Assembly (NCBI GenBank): GCA_945928335.1
Contig: CAMENK010000001.1
Location: 1 to 32,894, forward strand
Source of the DNA: an uncultured Bacillota bacterium
GTDB lineage: Bacteria; Bacillota_I; Bacilli_A; RF39; UBA660
Reading direction: 5' to 3'
DNA: 32,894 nt
The notes under the pieces are model-generated. The model worked only from the letters and a program-made list of their open reading frames with translations. It was not told where the DNA came from and searched no databases. Positions within the stretch are counted from its first letter, which is position 1; every line of letters starts with the position of its first letter. Both the position numbers and the translations under genes were made by a program. Shown one piece after another: positions 1 to 9,800 of this stretch.

Positions 1-111
1 GAATATGAGCATAATACTAAAACTTTTGAATTTAATATAAATAAAGAGATTAGTATGCTACTTCCTAAAAAGAATATAGTTAAATTATTTAGTACATTGG
101 AAGAAGAATAG
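1..111 (+). CDS. 3' end of an upstream gene (partial, product unknown)
   Basis: Frame 1 is open from the window edge to TAG at 109-111 (...NIVKLFSTLEEE*). It is too short to assign a family. Confidence 0.3.
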   Translation, partial: EYEHNTKTFEFNINKEISMLLPKKNIVKLFSTLEEE

Positions 112-119
112 GATTAAAT

Positions 120-983
120 ATGAAGTATAGAGTTAAAGATAGATTAAATAATGAATATGAAATAAAAGAATCTAATACTGTTAGATTTTTTTATGGTACA
201 GTTATTGGAAGATTATTTGTAAGAATTTTTTCCTTACCAATTTTTTCCAAGTTAGTTGGTTGTTTTTTAGATTCGAGATTGTCTAAATTTAAAATTAATT
301 CTTTTATTAAGAAAAATAATATTGATATGGATTTATATGAAGATAAAAATTATAGATCTTTTAATGATTTTTTTACTAGAAAGATTAAAAATATTGAATT
401 TTCTAAAGATAAAAAAGTATTTATTAGTCCTTGTAGTTCTAAATTAAGTTGTTTTGAGATAAGTGATAAAGGTGTATATAATATAAAGGGTAGTTATTAT
501 ACTATTAAAGAATTATTAGATGGTAATCCAGTATATAAGGAATATAATGGTGGATATATTTTAATTTTTAGATTAGAGGCTACTGATTATCATAGATATA
601 TTTATGTTGATGATGGTACTAAAGGAAAGAATGTATTTATACCTGGAATATTAAATACAGTAAGACCTATTGTTTTAAAGCATTTTAATATTTATAAGAG
701 AAATTCTCGTGAGTATTCAATATTAAAAACTGAAAATTTTGGAGATATCATTCAAATAGAAGTTGGAGCTTTATTAGTTGGTAAAATAAGCAATAAGCAT
801 GAAGAGTATATTTTTAGTAAAGGTGAAGAAAAAGGTATGTTTGAATTTGGTGGTTCTACAATTGTGTTATTGGTAAAAAGAGATGTTATTGATATTGATA
901 AAGATATTCTTATAAATAGTAATGAAGATATAGAAACTAAAGTTAATATTGGAGAAAGAATAGGTATAAAAAAGAAACATTAG
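120..983 (+). CDS. psd: phosphatidylserine decarboxylase proenzyme
   Basis: 287-aa ORF. The C-terminal FEFGGSTIVLL carries the G-S-T self-cleavage/pyruvoyl-forming motif typical of Psd. Overall length and the N-terminal hydrophobic segment also fit. Confidence 0.85.
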   Translation: MKYRVKDRLNNEYEIKESNTVRFFYGTVIGRLFVRIFSLPIFSKLVGCFLDSRLSKFKINSFIKKNNIDMDLYEDKNYRSFNDFFTRKIKNIEFSKDKKVFISPCSSKLSCFEISDKGVYNIKGSYYTIKELLDGNPVYKEYNGGYILIFRLEATDYHRYIYVDDGTKGKNVFIPGILNTVRPIVLKHFNIYKRNSREYSILKTENFGDIIQIEVGALLVGKISNKHEEYIFSKGEEKGMFEFGGSTIVLLVKRDVIDIDKDILINSNEDIETKVNIGERIGIKKKH

Positions 984-1007
984 AATAATTTTTTTAATGT
1001 TTCTTTT
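973..1007. terminator. bidirectional hairpin built from the overlapping 3' coding ends of psd and the convergent PAP2 gene
   Basis: Perfect 10-bp stem agaaacatta (973-982) / taatgtttct (995-1004) with a 12-nt loop. T-runs follow on both strands. Confidence 0.45.
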
Positions 1008-1609
1008 AGTTTTGAATAAAATATTTTTACTAAAATAATGGCTATTACTGCATATAGTAGGGCTAATAATAAGTCAATTGGTAAGTGCTGTTTTGTAAAT
1101 AATGTTGATAATATAATTAGAATAAAATATGTTGTTAATAATACTTTTGGTAAAATTTTTATATTACTTTTATTTAAATAATAAATCATTATATAACATA
1201 CTAAAGCATGAACTGAAGGTAAACAATTAGTAGGATTATCGAATTTATATGTTAAGTATATAATATAATCTGTAAACGTTTTTACTTCAATTTCTGGTCT
1301 TATTACAGCACTTGGATAAAATATAAATGTTAATTGAGCAATTATAAAACTTATTATGAATGTAAATATTAGTTTTTTGTATAATTCTTTATCATCTTTA
1401 AATATAAAATAAGATGTTATTATTACTAATGGATACCAACTATGGTATATGTATATAAATTGTTTTATTAAAGGTATATTAAAATTTGTGTGTAAATAGT
1501 GATGATTTGGAATTAACAAATTTATTATAAAATATATAAATGCCTGGGCAAATAATACTAATAATATTGATTTTATATAACTTTTATTAGTTTTTATATA
1601 GTTTTTCAT
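980..1609 (-). CDS. PAP2-superfamily membrane lipid phosphatase/phosphotransferase
   Basis: Polytopic ORF with PAP2-like motifs in order: ...AVIRP..., CLPSVHA (a PSGH variant), TKQHLPID (HxxxD). The start is placed at ATG 1609 (MKNYIK), which has GGTGG 4 nt upstream. A TATAAT sits inside the longer 1633 extension. Confidence 0.6.
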   Translation of the reverse strand: MKNYIKTNKSYIKSILLVLFAQAFIYFIINLLIPNHHYLHTNFNIPLIKQFIYIYHSWYPLVIITSYFIFKDDKELYKKLIFTFIISFIIAQLTFIFYPSAVIRPEIEVKTFTDYIIYLTYKFDNPTNCLPSVHALVCYIMIYYLNKSNIKILPKVLLTTYFILIILSTLFTKQHLPIDLLLALLYAVIAIILVKIFYSKLKETLKKLF

Positions 1610-1714
1610 TTTACCACCAATATAATTATACAATATATTATATATGAATTGTTATTTTAGTATAGAAAGTATTTTTTTTATGTAAAGAAATATAATTAAA
1701 TTGAAAGGGGGAAA

Positions 1715-2947
1715 ATGAAGAAGGTTTTTAAAAATTATTTTAATTCTTTTATTTTACTTATAGCTATTATTATTGGAACTGTTATTGGTATTATTTTTAA
1801 AGATAAAGCAAGTGTTCTTAAACCTTTTGGGGATTTGTTTTTAAATATGCTTATGATTATTATAGTACCACTTATTTTTTTAACTATTTCTACCAGTATT
1901 GGTAAAATGAAATCTCCTAAAAGAGTTGGAAAAATTTTATTAAGTATTATAGGTGTATTTATTATTACTTCTTTAATAAGTGTTTTTATTGGAATTTTAA
2001 GTACTAGAGTAAGTTTAGTTGAAGTTGAAGAATCTAATAAGATTATAGAGGAATTAAATGTTAATGAAAAAATAGAAGAGGAAAATGTTAATTTATTGGA
2101 TAGAACTGTTAATACTATTACTACTAATGATTTTGTAAATTTATTAAGTAAGAATAATATTATAGCTTTAATAGTATTTTCAATTATTACTGGAGTATCA
2201 ATTATTCTTTCTAAGGAAAAAGGAAGTAAGTTTTTAGATTTTTTAGAAAGCACTAATAATGTACTTGGTCAAATAATTAAAACAATTATGTATTATGCTC
2301 CTATAGGATTGGGATGTTATTTTGCTGCTTTTATAGGAACTTTTGGATCTAGTGTAGCAGTGGGGTATTTAAAAACTTTTGGAGTTTATGTTATAAGTTC
2401 TTTAATTTTATACTTTATAGTTTATTCTATTTACGCTTTTGTAGCTGGTGGAAAAATTGGATTTATTAGATATTGGAAAAATATTATTCCAGTTACATTG
2501 TCTGCACTTTCTACATGTAGTTCGGCTGCTAGTATTCCTATAAATGTTAAAACTAGTAAAGAAATTGGTGTTAGTGATGATATTGCTAATACTATAGTAC
2601 CACTTGGTTCTTCTTTCCATAAAGATGGCTCTATTGTAGGTAGTGTTTTTAAAATAATGTTTTTAGTATATTTATTTAATACTCCACATAGTATTGGAAA
2701 AGTTCTTTTAGTAAGTTTATTAGTTACTCTTTTAGTTACAGGTATTCCTATCGGAGGTGGAACTATTTCGGAAATGTTGATATTAACACTTATGGGATTT
2801 CCTTTATATGCACTTCCGATACTTACTATAATTGCTACTATAATTGATGCACCGGCTACAGTTCTGAATGTTGTTGGTGATACTTCAAGTAGTATGATGG
2901 TTTCTAGGATTGTTGATGGGAAAGATTGGATTAAAAAAGGCCTTTAA
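1715..2947 (+). CDS. dicarboxylate/amino acid:cation symporter (DAACS/GltP-SstT family)
   Basis: 410-aa polytopic ORF with TCSSAASIPIN and NVVGDTSSS segments typical of sodium:dicarboxylate symporter family proteins. Strong SD AAAGGGGGA lies upstream. Confidence 0.8.
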   Translation: MKKVFKNYFNSFILLIAIIIGTVIGIIFKDKASVLKPFGDLFLNMLMIIIVPLIFLTISTSIGKMKSPKRVGKILLSIIGVFIITSLISVFIGILSTRVSLVEVEESNKIIEELNVNEKIEEENVNLLDRTVNTITTNDFVNLLSKNNIIALIVFSIITGVSIILSKEKGSKFLDFLESTNNVLGQIIKTIMYYAPIGLGCYFAAFIGTFGSSVAVGYLKTFGVYVISSLILYFIVYSIYAFVAGGKIGFIRYWKNIIPVTLSALSTCSSAASIPINVKTSKEIGVSDDIANTIVPLGSSFHKDGSIVGSVFKIMFLVYLFNTPHSIGKVLLVSLLVTLLVTGIPIGGGTISEMLILTLMGFPLYALPILTIIATIIDAPATVLNVVGDTSSSMMVSRIVDGKDWIKKGL

Positions 2948-2966
2948 TTATTGAAGGTCTTTTATT
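2935..2966 (+). terminator. intrinsic terminator after the symporter gene
   Basis: Stem aaaaggcctt / aaggtctttt (10 bp, one G-U) with a 9-nt loop, overlapping the stop codon and followed by a T-rich tail. Confidence 0.45.
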
Positions 2967-3073
2967 AATTGTATAATAGTTATTTTAAAGTGAATAATAA
3001 ATAAAAATGAATATAATAATTCTTTTAATATTTTAAATTATCTAGTATAATTAATTTTAGAAGGAAGTGTATT

Positions 3074-4114
3074 ATGAATTTTAATGTAGGTGGTCATAAT
3101 GTATTTTTAATAGTATTAGTTACATTTATTAGTTCAGTTATATTTGTACAATTAAGTAAGTTAATTGCTTTACATACTGGTATTATGGATTATCCTAATA
3201 AAAGAAGTGCTCATAAGAAACCTACTCCTTTATTAGGCGGTATAGGAATATTCTTAACTTTTTTATTAGGTTATATTTTATTTGGTAAAGAGAGTACTTT
3301 GATGTTGTCTATTTTAATTGCCTCTTTTTTGATATTATTATTAGGCATTTTTGATGATATTAAACCAATACCTGCTAGATATAAAATTATAATTCATATA
3401 TTAGTTGCTGCTGTTGTTGTGTTTTATGGAGGATTAAGATTAACACATTTTGATTTATTTGGATACTATGTTAATTTTGGTAAATGGTCTTATCCTATAA
3501 CAATTATAGTTATTGTGTCTATTATAAATGCAATAAATTTAATCGATGGTTTAGATGGTTTATGTGCTGGGATTAGTTCTATATATTTTTTAACTATTGG
3601 TATTATTGCCTTAATTTTAAATAATTTGGGTGGTCTAGATATTATTTTATCTTTTATTATGTTTGGTTCTACTTTAGGATTTTTGGTTCATAATTTTCCA
3701 CCAGCAAAAATATTTATGGGTGATACGGGAAGTACATTTTTAGGACTAATGATTAGTGTTATTATGTTACTCGGATTTAAGACTGTTACTTTAACTAGTT
3801 TAATTATTCCTATGGTACTTTTAATACTTCCTATAACTGATACTTTATTTGCTATTATTAGAAGAACTATACATAAGAGACCTATTGGGGAAGCAGATAA
3901 GGAACATATTCATCATCAATTATTAAAAAAATTAAGTACTAGAAAGACTATTATTGTTATATATATTATTGAAATTATATTTAGTGTTATTACTATTTTA
4001 TATAGTATTGGTTATAGAAAAGAAATGATTATTTTCTATATATTACTTGCATTTTTAATTTTGTTTTTGGTTTTTAAAACTAATGTTATTTTTGATAATA
4101 AGGAGAAAAAATGA
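3074..4114 (+). CDS. tagO: undecaprenyl-phosphate N-acetylhexosamine-1-phosphate transferase (MraY/WecA/TagO family)
   Basis: 346-aa polytopic ORF with FDDIKP, INLIDGLDGL, HNFPPAKIFMGDTGS motifs of the polyprenyl-phosphate HexNAc-1-P transferase family. Confidence 0.9.
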   Translation: MNFNVGGHNVFLIVLVTFISSVIFVQLSKLIALHTGIMDYPNKRSAHKKPTPLLGGIGIFLTFLLGYILFGKESTLMLSILIASFLILLLGIFDDIKPIPARYKIIIHILVAAVVVFYGGLRLTHFDLFGYYVNFGKWSYPITIIVIVSIINAINLIDGLDGLCAGISSIYFLTIGIIALILNNLGGLDIILSFIMFGSTLGFLVHNFPPAKIFMGDTGSTFLGLMISVIMLLGFKTVTLTSLIIPMVLLILPITDTLFAIIRRTIHKRPIGEADKEHIHHQLLKKLSTRKTIIVIYIIEIIFSVITILYSIGYRKEMIIFYILLAFLILFLVFKTNVIFDNKEKK

Positions 4115-5079
4115 AAATATGTATTTTGGGTTGTGGTGCTTATGGTTTAGCACTTGCAAGTATTTTTAATAAGAATAAACAAAATGTTGTAATGTGGACT
4201 TTTAGTAATGATGAAGAAATTTTACTTAACGATAAGCGTGAAAGTGATAAACTTTTAGGTTATAAAATTCCTAATGAAATTAAAATAACTTCTAGTATTA
4301 AACGTGCGATTAAGAATAGTAATCTAGTTGTTATTGCTGTTCCTGCTTTTGCAGTTGATAGTGTGGCTTCTATGATTGGTAATTTAGTTACTAAAGATAT
4401 GCATATTTTACTTGCAACTAAAGGCATAGAAAATGATACATGTGATTTTTTAACTGATGTTTTAGAAAGATATATTACTAGTAATAAGATTGCTGTTATT
4501 TCTGGACCTACATTTGCTAAAGATATAGTTTTAGGAGTACCAATTGGGTTAAGTCTTGCAACTACTAATGTGAGAACTAAGAATTTTATAAAGAAAGTAA
4601 TGGAAAGTGATACTACTAAATTAAGAGATACTCAAGATGTTATTGGTGTACAAATATGTGGGGCAATTAAAAATGTTATGGCTATTGCTTCAGGTATGCT
4701 TGAAGGTATGGATGTTACTGATTCAACTAAAGCTTTGTTTTTAACTGAAAGTTTAAATGATATAAAAGAACTTATTGATGCTTTAGGTGGCAATAAAAAA
4801 ACTATTTTATCATTTAGTGGTTTTGGTGATATTCTTATGACTTGTACTAGTTCTAATAGTAGAAATTTTACTTATGGAAAGTTGATTGGAGAAGATAGAT
4901 TGGAAGAAGCTACTAACTATTCTAAAAATACTACAGTTGAAGGCTTATATACTTTAAGATCTATAAAGGAACTTATTAAACGTGAGCGTGTTAAGATGCC
5001 TATTGTTGATTTGATAAGTGATATTATAATTGGTAAAAAGAGTAAAGAAGATATGTTAAAGTTTTTAATAGAAAAATAA
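4111..5079 (+). CDS. gpsA: NAD(P)H-dependent glycerol-3-phosphate dehydrogenase
   Basis: N-terminal ILGCGAYGLALA Rossmann motif and GAIKNVMAIASG segment. AAGGAG SD upstream. The ATG overlaps the tagO TGA (ATGA at 4111-4114). Confidence 0.9.
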   Translation: MKICILGCGAYGLALASIFNKNKQNVVMWTFSNDEEILLNDKRESDKLLGYKIPNEIKITSSIKRAIKNSNLVVIAVPAFAVDSVASMIGNLVTKDMHILLATKGIENDTCDFLTDVLERYITSNKIAVISGPTFAKDIVLGVPIGLSLATTNVRTKNFIKKVMESDTTKLRDTQDVIGVQICGAIKNVMAIASGMLEGMDVTDSTKALFLTESLNDIKELIDALGGNKKTILSFSGFGDILMTCTSSNSRNFTYGKLIGEDRLEEATNYSKNTTVEGLYTLRSIKELIKRERVKMPIVDLISDIIIGKKSKEDMLKFLIEK

Positions 5080-5080
5080 T

Positions 5081-5108
5081 GTTATGAACAAAATCATAAC
5101 TTTTTTTG
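5081..5108 (+). terminator. intrinsic terminator after gpsA
   Basis: GTTATGA (5081-5087) / TCATAAC (5094-5100) hairpin followed by a run of 7 T. Confidence 0.7.
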
Positions 5109-5147
5109 TAAAATTTTATTTCTGAATAAGTCTTTTTATATGACTTG

Positions 5148-5156
5148 TGTTATAAT
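5148..5156 (+). promoter_or_regulatory. extended -10 promoter element (TGTTATAAT) upstream of the GT2 gene
   Basis: TGnTATAAT match 28 nt upstream of ATG 5184, directly after the gpsA terminator. Confidence 0.4.
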
Positions 5157-5183
5157 TAAGTTAATTATAGAAAGCGAGTTATT

Positions 5184-6116
5184 ATGAAAGATTTTATAAG
5201 TGTAATTATTCCTATACATAATAGTGAGAAATATCTTGAAAAGTGTATTAAAAGTGTTTTAAATCAGAGTTATGTTAAACTTGAGATTTTGTGTGTTGTG
5301 AATGGTTGCACAGATAATAGTTTAGCTATTTTGGATAAGTATAAAAATAGAATAAAAATTTTAATACAAGAAGAAGCAAATTTAAGCTTAGCTAGGAATA
5401 CTGGTATTAAGTTTTCTACTGGTGAGTATATTACATTTGTTGATAGTGATGATTATCTAGAATTTACTTATTTTGAAGAACTTTATAATAATATTATTAG
5501 AGAAAAAAGTGATTTAAGTATATGTGATTTATGTGAGATTAGAGAGAATACTGATATTGTTATATATAATAATGATTATCCAGTAGTGCCAATTCCAGAG
5601 GTTGAAATTAAAGATAATCTAAATAAATTTAGATTAGGTCCTGTATGTAAATTGTATAAATCAAATATAATAAAAAATAATAATATTTTATTTCCTAATT
5701 TAAAGTATGAAGATATTTATTTTGTATTATCTTATTTACTTAAATGTAATAAAATATCTAAAGTTAATAAGGCACTTTATAATTATGTTATACATTCAAA
5801 TAGTGAGCAAACTACTGTAGATGATAGAATTTTTGATATTTTTAAAGTTATTGATTTATGTGATAATTTAACTAATTTTGATAGTTATTTAGAATTAAAA
5901 ATTGAGATTTTGTCTACTTATTCACTTAAAACTAGATATTTAAAAGATAAAAATTTAAGAAATAAGTTTATAGATGAGGCTTATTTAAGATTAAGTAAAG
6001 TAAATAATTATAAGAAGAGTAATTATATAAAAAGGTGTGGTTTTATTAAAAAGGTTATTTTAAAAAATAAATTCTTAGTGAAATTATATACTGATGTGTA
6101 TTCAATATTTGTTTAA
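5184..6116 (+). CDS. family 2 glycosyltransferase (GT-A fold)
   Basis: N-terminal ISVIIPIHNSEKYL..., SLARNTG, and FVDSDDY (DxD) motifs. Confidence 0.85.
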   Translation: MKDFISVIIPIHNSEKYLEKCIKSVLNQSYVKLEILCVVNGCTDNSLAILDKYKNRIKILIQEEANLSLARNTGIKFSTGEYITFVDSDDYLEFTYFEELYNNIIREKSDLSICDLCEIRENTDIVIYNNDYPVVPIPEVEIKDNLNKFRLGPVCKLYKSNIIKNNNILFPNLKYEDIYFVLSYLLKCNKISKVNKALYNYVIHSNSEQTTVDDRIFDIFKVIDLCDNLTNFDSYLELKIEILSTYSLKTRYLKDKNLRNKFIDEAYLRLSKVNNYKKSNYIKRCGFIKKVILKNKFLVKLYTDVYSIFV

Positions 6117-6148
6117 ATTTGAAAATGTTGCAGTAATTGTATTATTTG

Positions 6149-6157
6149 TGATATAAT
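6149..6157 (+). promoter_or_regulatory. extended -10 promoter element (TGATATAAT) upstream of the pssA-like gene
   Basis: TGnTATAAT match, with TTGCAG 18 nt upstream as a possible -35. Confidence 0.4.
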
Positions 6158-6191
6158 ATTTTATCGAAAAAAGAAAGAAGTGAAAATTTTT

Positions 6192-6815
6192 ATGAAGAAG
6201 TTAAAACCTATTGGAATATATAGAAAGTGTGATTGGGTCACTATGACTGGTACTGCATCAGCTATTTTTGGAATAATTTTAGCATCTGAAGGGAAAACTA
6301 TGTATGCAGTATTTTGCTTAATATTTTCTGCAATTTGTGATGCTTTTGATGGTGTTGTTGCTAGAAGATTTAAGAGTTTAAAAGATTATGAAGTTTATGG
6401 AGTAGAATTAGATTCTTTAAGTGATGCGATTGCATTTGGAGTACTTCCTATGATGATTGTTAGAAATTTAAGTGTTCATAATATTTATACATTACTTGTT
6501 AGCATCTTTTTCTGCTTAACTGGGGTTATTAGACTTGCATATTTTAATATGCTTTCAACTACTAGAAGAAGTGATGGAAAGCAATTTATAGGACTTCCTA
6601 TTACTTGTAGCGCTATTATAATACCTTTGGTATACTTTATTACATTTATAATAGGTAAAGAATATAGAGAGATTATATTTCCAATTACATTATTGGTAAC
6701 AGGAATTTTATATATAAGTCCTTTTAGGTTAAAAAAATTATCTACTAGAGAAAAAGTTGTATTATCAATTATGGGATTACTTGTAATAGCTATTACTTTA
6801 ATAAAAATATGGTAA
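6192..6815 (+). CDS. pssA: CDP-alcohol phosphatidyltransferase, phosphatidylserine-synthase-like
   Basis: Carries the CDP-alcohol phosphatidyltransferase signature D-x2-DG-x2-AR-...-G-x3-D-x3-D (CDAFDGVVARRF...GVELDSLSD) in a small polytopic protein. ATG 6192 is preferred over GTG 6180 on SD spacing. Confidence 0.65.
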   Translation: MKKLKPIGIYRKCDWVTMTGTASAIFGIILASEGKTMYAVFCLIFSAICDAFDGVVARRFKSLKDYEVYGVELDSLSDAIAFGVLPMMIVRNLSVHNIYTLLVSIFFCLTGVIRLAYFNMLSTTRRSDGKQFIGLPITCSAIIIPLVYFITFIIGKEYREIIFPITLLVTGILYISPFRLKKLSTREKVVLSIMGLLVIAITLIKIW

Positions 6816-6854
6816 AAGAAATTTATTTCTTTTATTTTCATCTGAGGAGTAAGT

Positions 6855-9800
6855 ATGAAAAAGTTGTTTACAAAAGAAAATTTAGTTAATTTATCTTTAA
6901 TATTATATATATTATCTATTTTATTGGATTTACATATTTTTTATAATCCTGTTTCTACTATAATAAGAGTATTTTTTATTTCTATAATATTTTTGATTAT
7001 TAATTTTAAGTTTGGTAATAAAAAAGATAGGAGAATTTTACTTAGTTATTTTGTTTTATTATTTATATATATAATTTTACATTTATTTAGCACTAGTGAG
7101 TTTAATATAGGATTTAATATTACTTATAATATATATGAAGAATTATTGTATTTTCTTAAGATGAGTATGCATATATTGATTATTTATTCTATATATAAAT
7201 TATCTATTTCTAAAGAGAAATTTTATAAAGCTATAGAAATTTCTACATTATTAATAGTTTTAAATATTATTATTTGTAATATTTTTAAAATAGGTTATAC
7301 ATCATATGATTTTAATAGTATTTCTTATAATATATTTGATTGGTTTACTAAAGATATTAACTTTTTAGAGGCATCTTCTAAAGGATATTTTCATTTAACT
7401 AATCAAATATCTGCAATACTTATTTTAGATATGTCTATTATGTTAATAAGTATGAAAGAAAAACAAAAGATTATAAATACTACTACTTTATTTTTAACTA
7501 TTATTGCTTTGTTTATGTTAGGAACTAGGATATCTACTTATTCAGTATTTATTATATTAGGTGTTTCTTTGATAGTATATATTTTAACTGGTATTAGGGA
7601 TAGAAGTATTAAGAAAAGTTTTGTTTTAACACATATTATATTATTGTTGATTTCCTTAGTTTTATATTTTAAATGTCCTCTTATTAGTAGAAATGAATTT
7701 TATTCTAATAAATATAAGGAAAGTGAAAAAAAGACGGAAGATATTGATTTAGAAGATAATATTGAATTAACTGATGAGGAGTTTAAAGATATATTAAAAG
7801 ATTATAATATAGATCCTAAATTTTATAATGAATATTATCCTTTGGAACAAGATAGAGAATTTTATGAAGAATATATTAAATATGATTTATCTAAAGTTAG
7901 TAATGTTAGATTTTTAGAAAAATCTATTATAGAAAGGATTAAATCATTAAATAATAATAAGTATGATAATTTATTTGGTATAGGTTATAATAGAATGATG
8001 AATGTATTTAATATTGAGAGAGATTTTGTTGCTCAGTATTATTCTATTGGTATACTAGGGTGTATTATTATACTTGGTGTTTATATATTATTGTTATTAT
8101 ATTCTTATTTTAAATCTTTATTTAACTTAGAAAAGCATTTTAATTATGTAAATTGTATGTTCTTATTTATACTTAGTTATTTTTTAATTGCTGCTTATTG
8201 TACTGGAAATGTTTTGAATTCCATTAGTTGTATTATTCCATATTCATTTATTTTAGGTTATTATTTATCTATATTAAATAAGAAAGAAAAAACTGAATAT
8301 GAATATATTTTAGGATTTAAGACTTCTACAAAAAATGAGAAAGAGATTTTAAAAGAAACATTTAAATCTGATGAACAAGTTATTTTATATAATATAAATC
8401 CGCTTATTATTATGAATTTTTATAAAAATAAGAAAGCTGTTAAAGAGTTTAATAAACAAGATTTAAATATTCCAGATGGTAATGGTATTATTTTAACTTC
8501 AAAATTAACTAGTGGATGTTTAGCTAATACTATACCTGGGGTTGAATTATTTGAAAGTATATGTAAGGAATCAGTAAAACATAAATATAAAATATATTTA
8601 TATGGAGCTAAACAAAATTCTGTTTATAATACTAAAGTTGGATTAGAGTCAAAATATAAGGGTATTAAAATAGTTGGATATAAGAATGGTTATACTAAAG
8701 AAAAAGAAGTTTTAGAAGATATATTAAAGAAGAAACCTGATATTTTATTTGTTGCTTTAGGTAGTCCTAAACAAGAAAACTTTATTATTAAGAATAAAAG
8801 TAAATTAAAGAAAATCAAAATAATTATGCCAGTTGGTGGAACTTTTGATGTTATAAGTAAGAATACTAAACGCGCACCTTTAATTGTTAGAGATTTAAAA
8901 TTAGAATGGCTTTATAGAATGATTAAAGAGCCTAAGTTATTTAAGAATTTAGGAAAATTTATAAAATATTTCTTTACTGTTTTATTTTTTAATAATCATT
9001 ATAATAAAAAAGTTATTTCTAAAGAAAAAAAGGTTGTTAAGGAAAAAAGTTATAAACTAAGAAAAGTATTGGGTTATTTATGTGTAGCATTACCTTTGTT
9101 AATTTTATTATCAGTTTTATGGGCTAATAAAACTTTTGGTAATCCTGATATTGATGAGATATTATTTACAATGACTAATTCATTAAATGGTACTGATATG
9201 AAGATTATTTTAAGTTATTGTTTATATGCTTTATTACCTGTTATATTATTTACTATTATATATTTTATTCTTTTGAAGATTACTAAAAGAAATGAAAAGT
9301 TCAATAAGATATATTTAATTATAATTCTATTTGGTATAATTATGTGTGGTTTTACCTCATTATATGTAGAAAGAAGATTTTCTATAAAAGAATATGTTTC
9401 TGTAAATAAAACTTCAACTGAGTTTGTAGAAAAAAATTATGTTGCAACTGATTTAGATAATATTAGTTTTCCAGAAGATAAGAATAATTTAATAGTTATA
9501 TATTTAGAATCAATGGAAATGACATTTAGTTCTAAAGAAAATGGAGGATCTTACGATTTTAATTATATTCCTAATCTGACTAAGCTTGCTCAGGAGAATA
9601 TAAACTTTTCTAACTCTGAATTACTTGGTGGTGCTAATTCTATATCTAGTTTATCTTGGACAACAGCTGGATTAGTTGCTACTACATCTGGATTGCCTAT
9701 AAAAACTTCATTTAGAAATGCTAATGATCAAATTTTCGTATTTCCTAATATTAATGCTTTAGGTAATGTTATGCAGGAAAATGGATATAATATGGAATTT

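Noticed and set aside
1735-2253. A 172-aa minus-strand ORF antisense to the symporter gene. Similar antisense ORFs lie at 2408-2620, 6485-6841, 13042-13242, 13553-13945, 14308-14526, 22438-22692, 25459-25647, 25491-25706, 29523-29705 and 31530-31751.
   Set aside because: Each lies entirely or largely inside a well-supported gene on the opposite strand. They have low-complexity I/K/N/L-rich translations and no SD. They are the shadow frames expected in AT-rich DNA.
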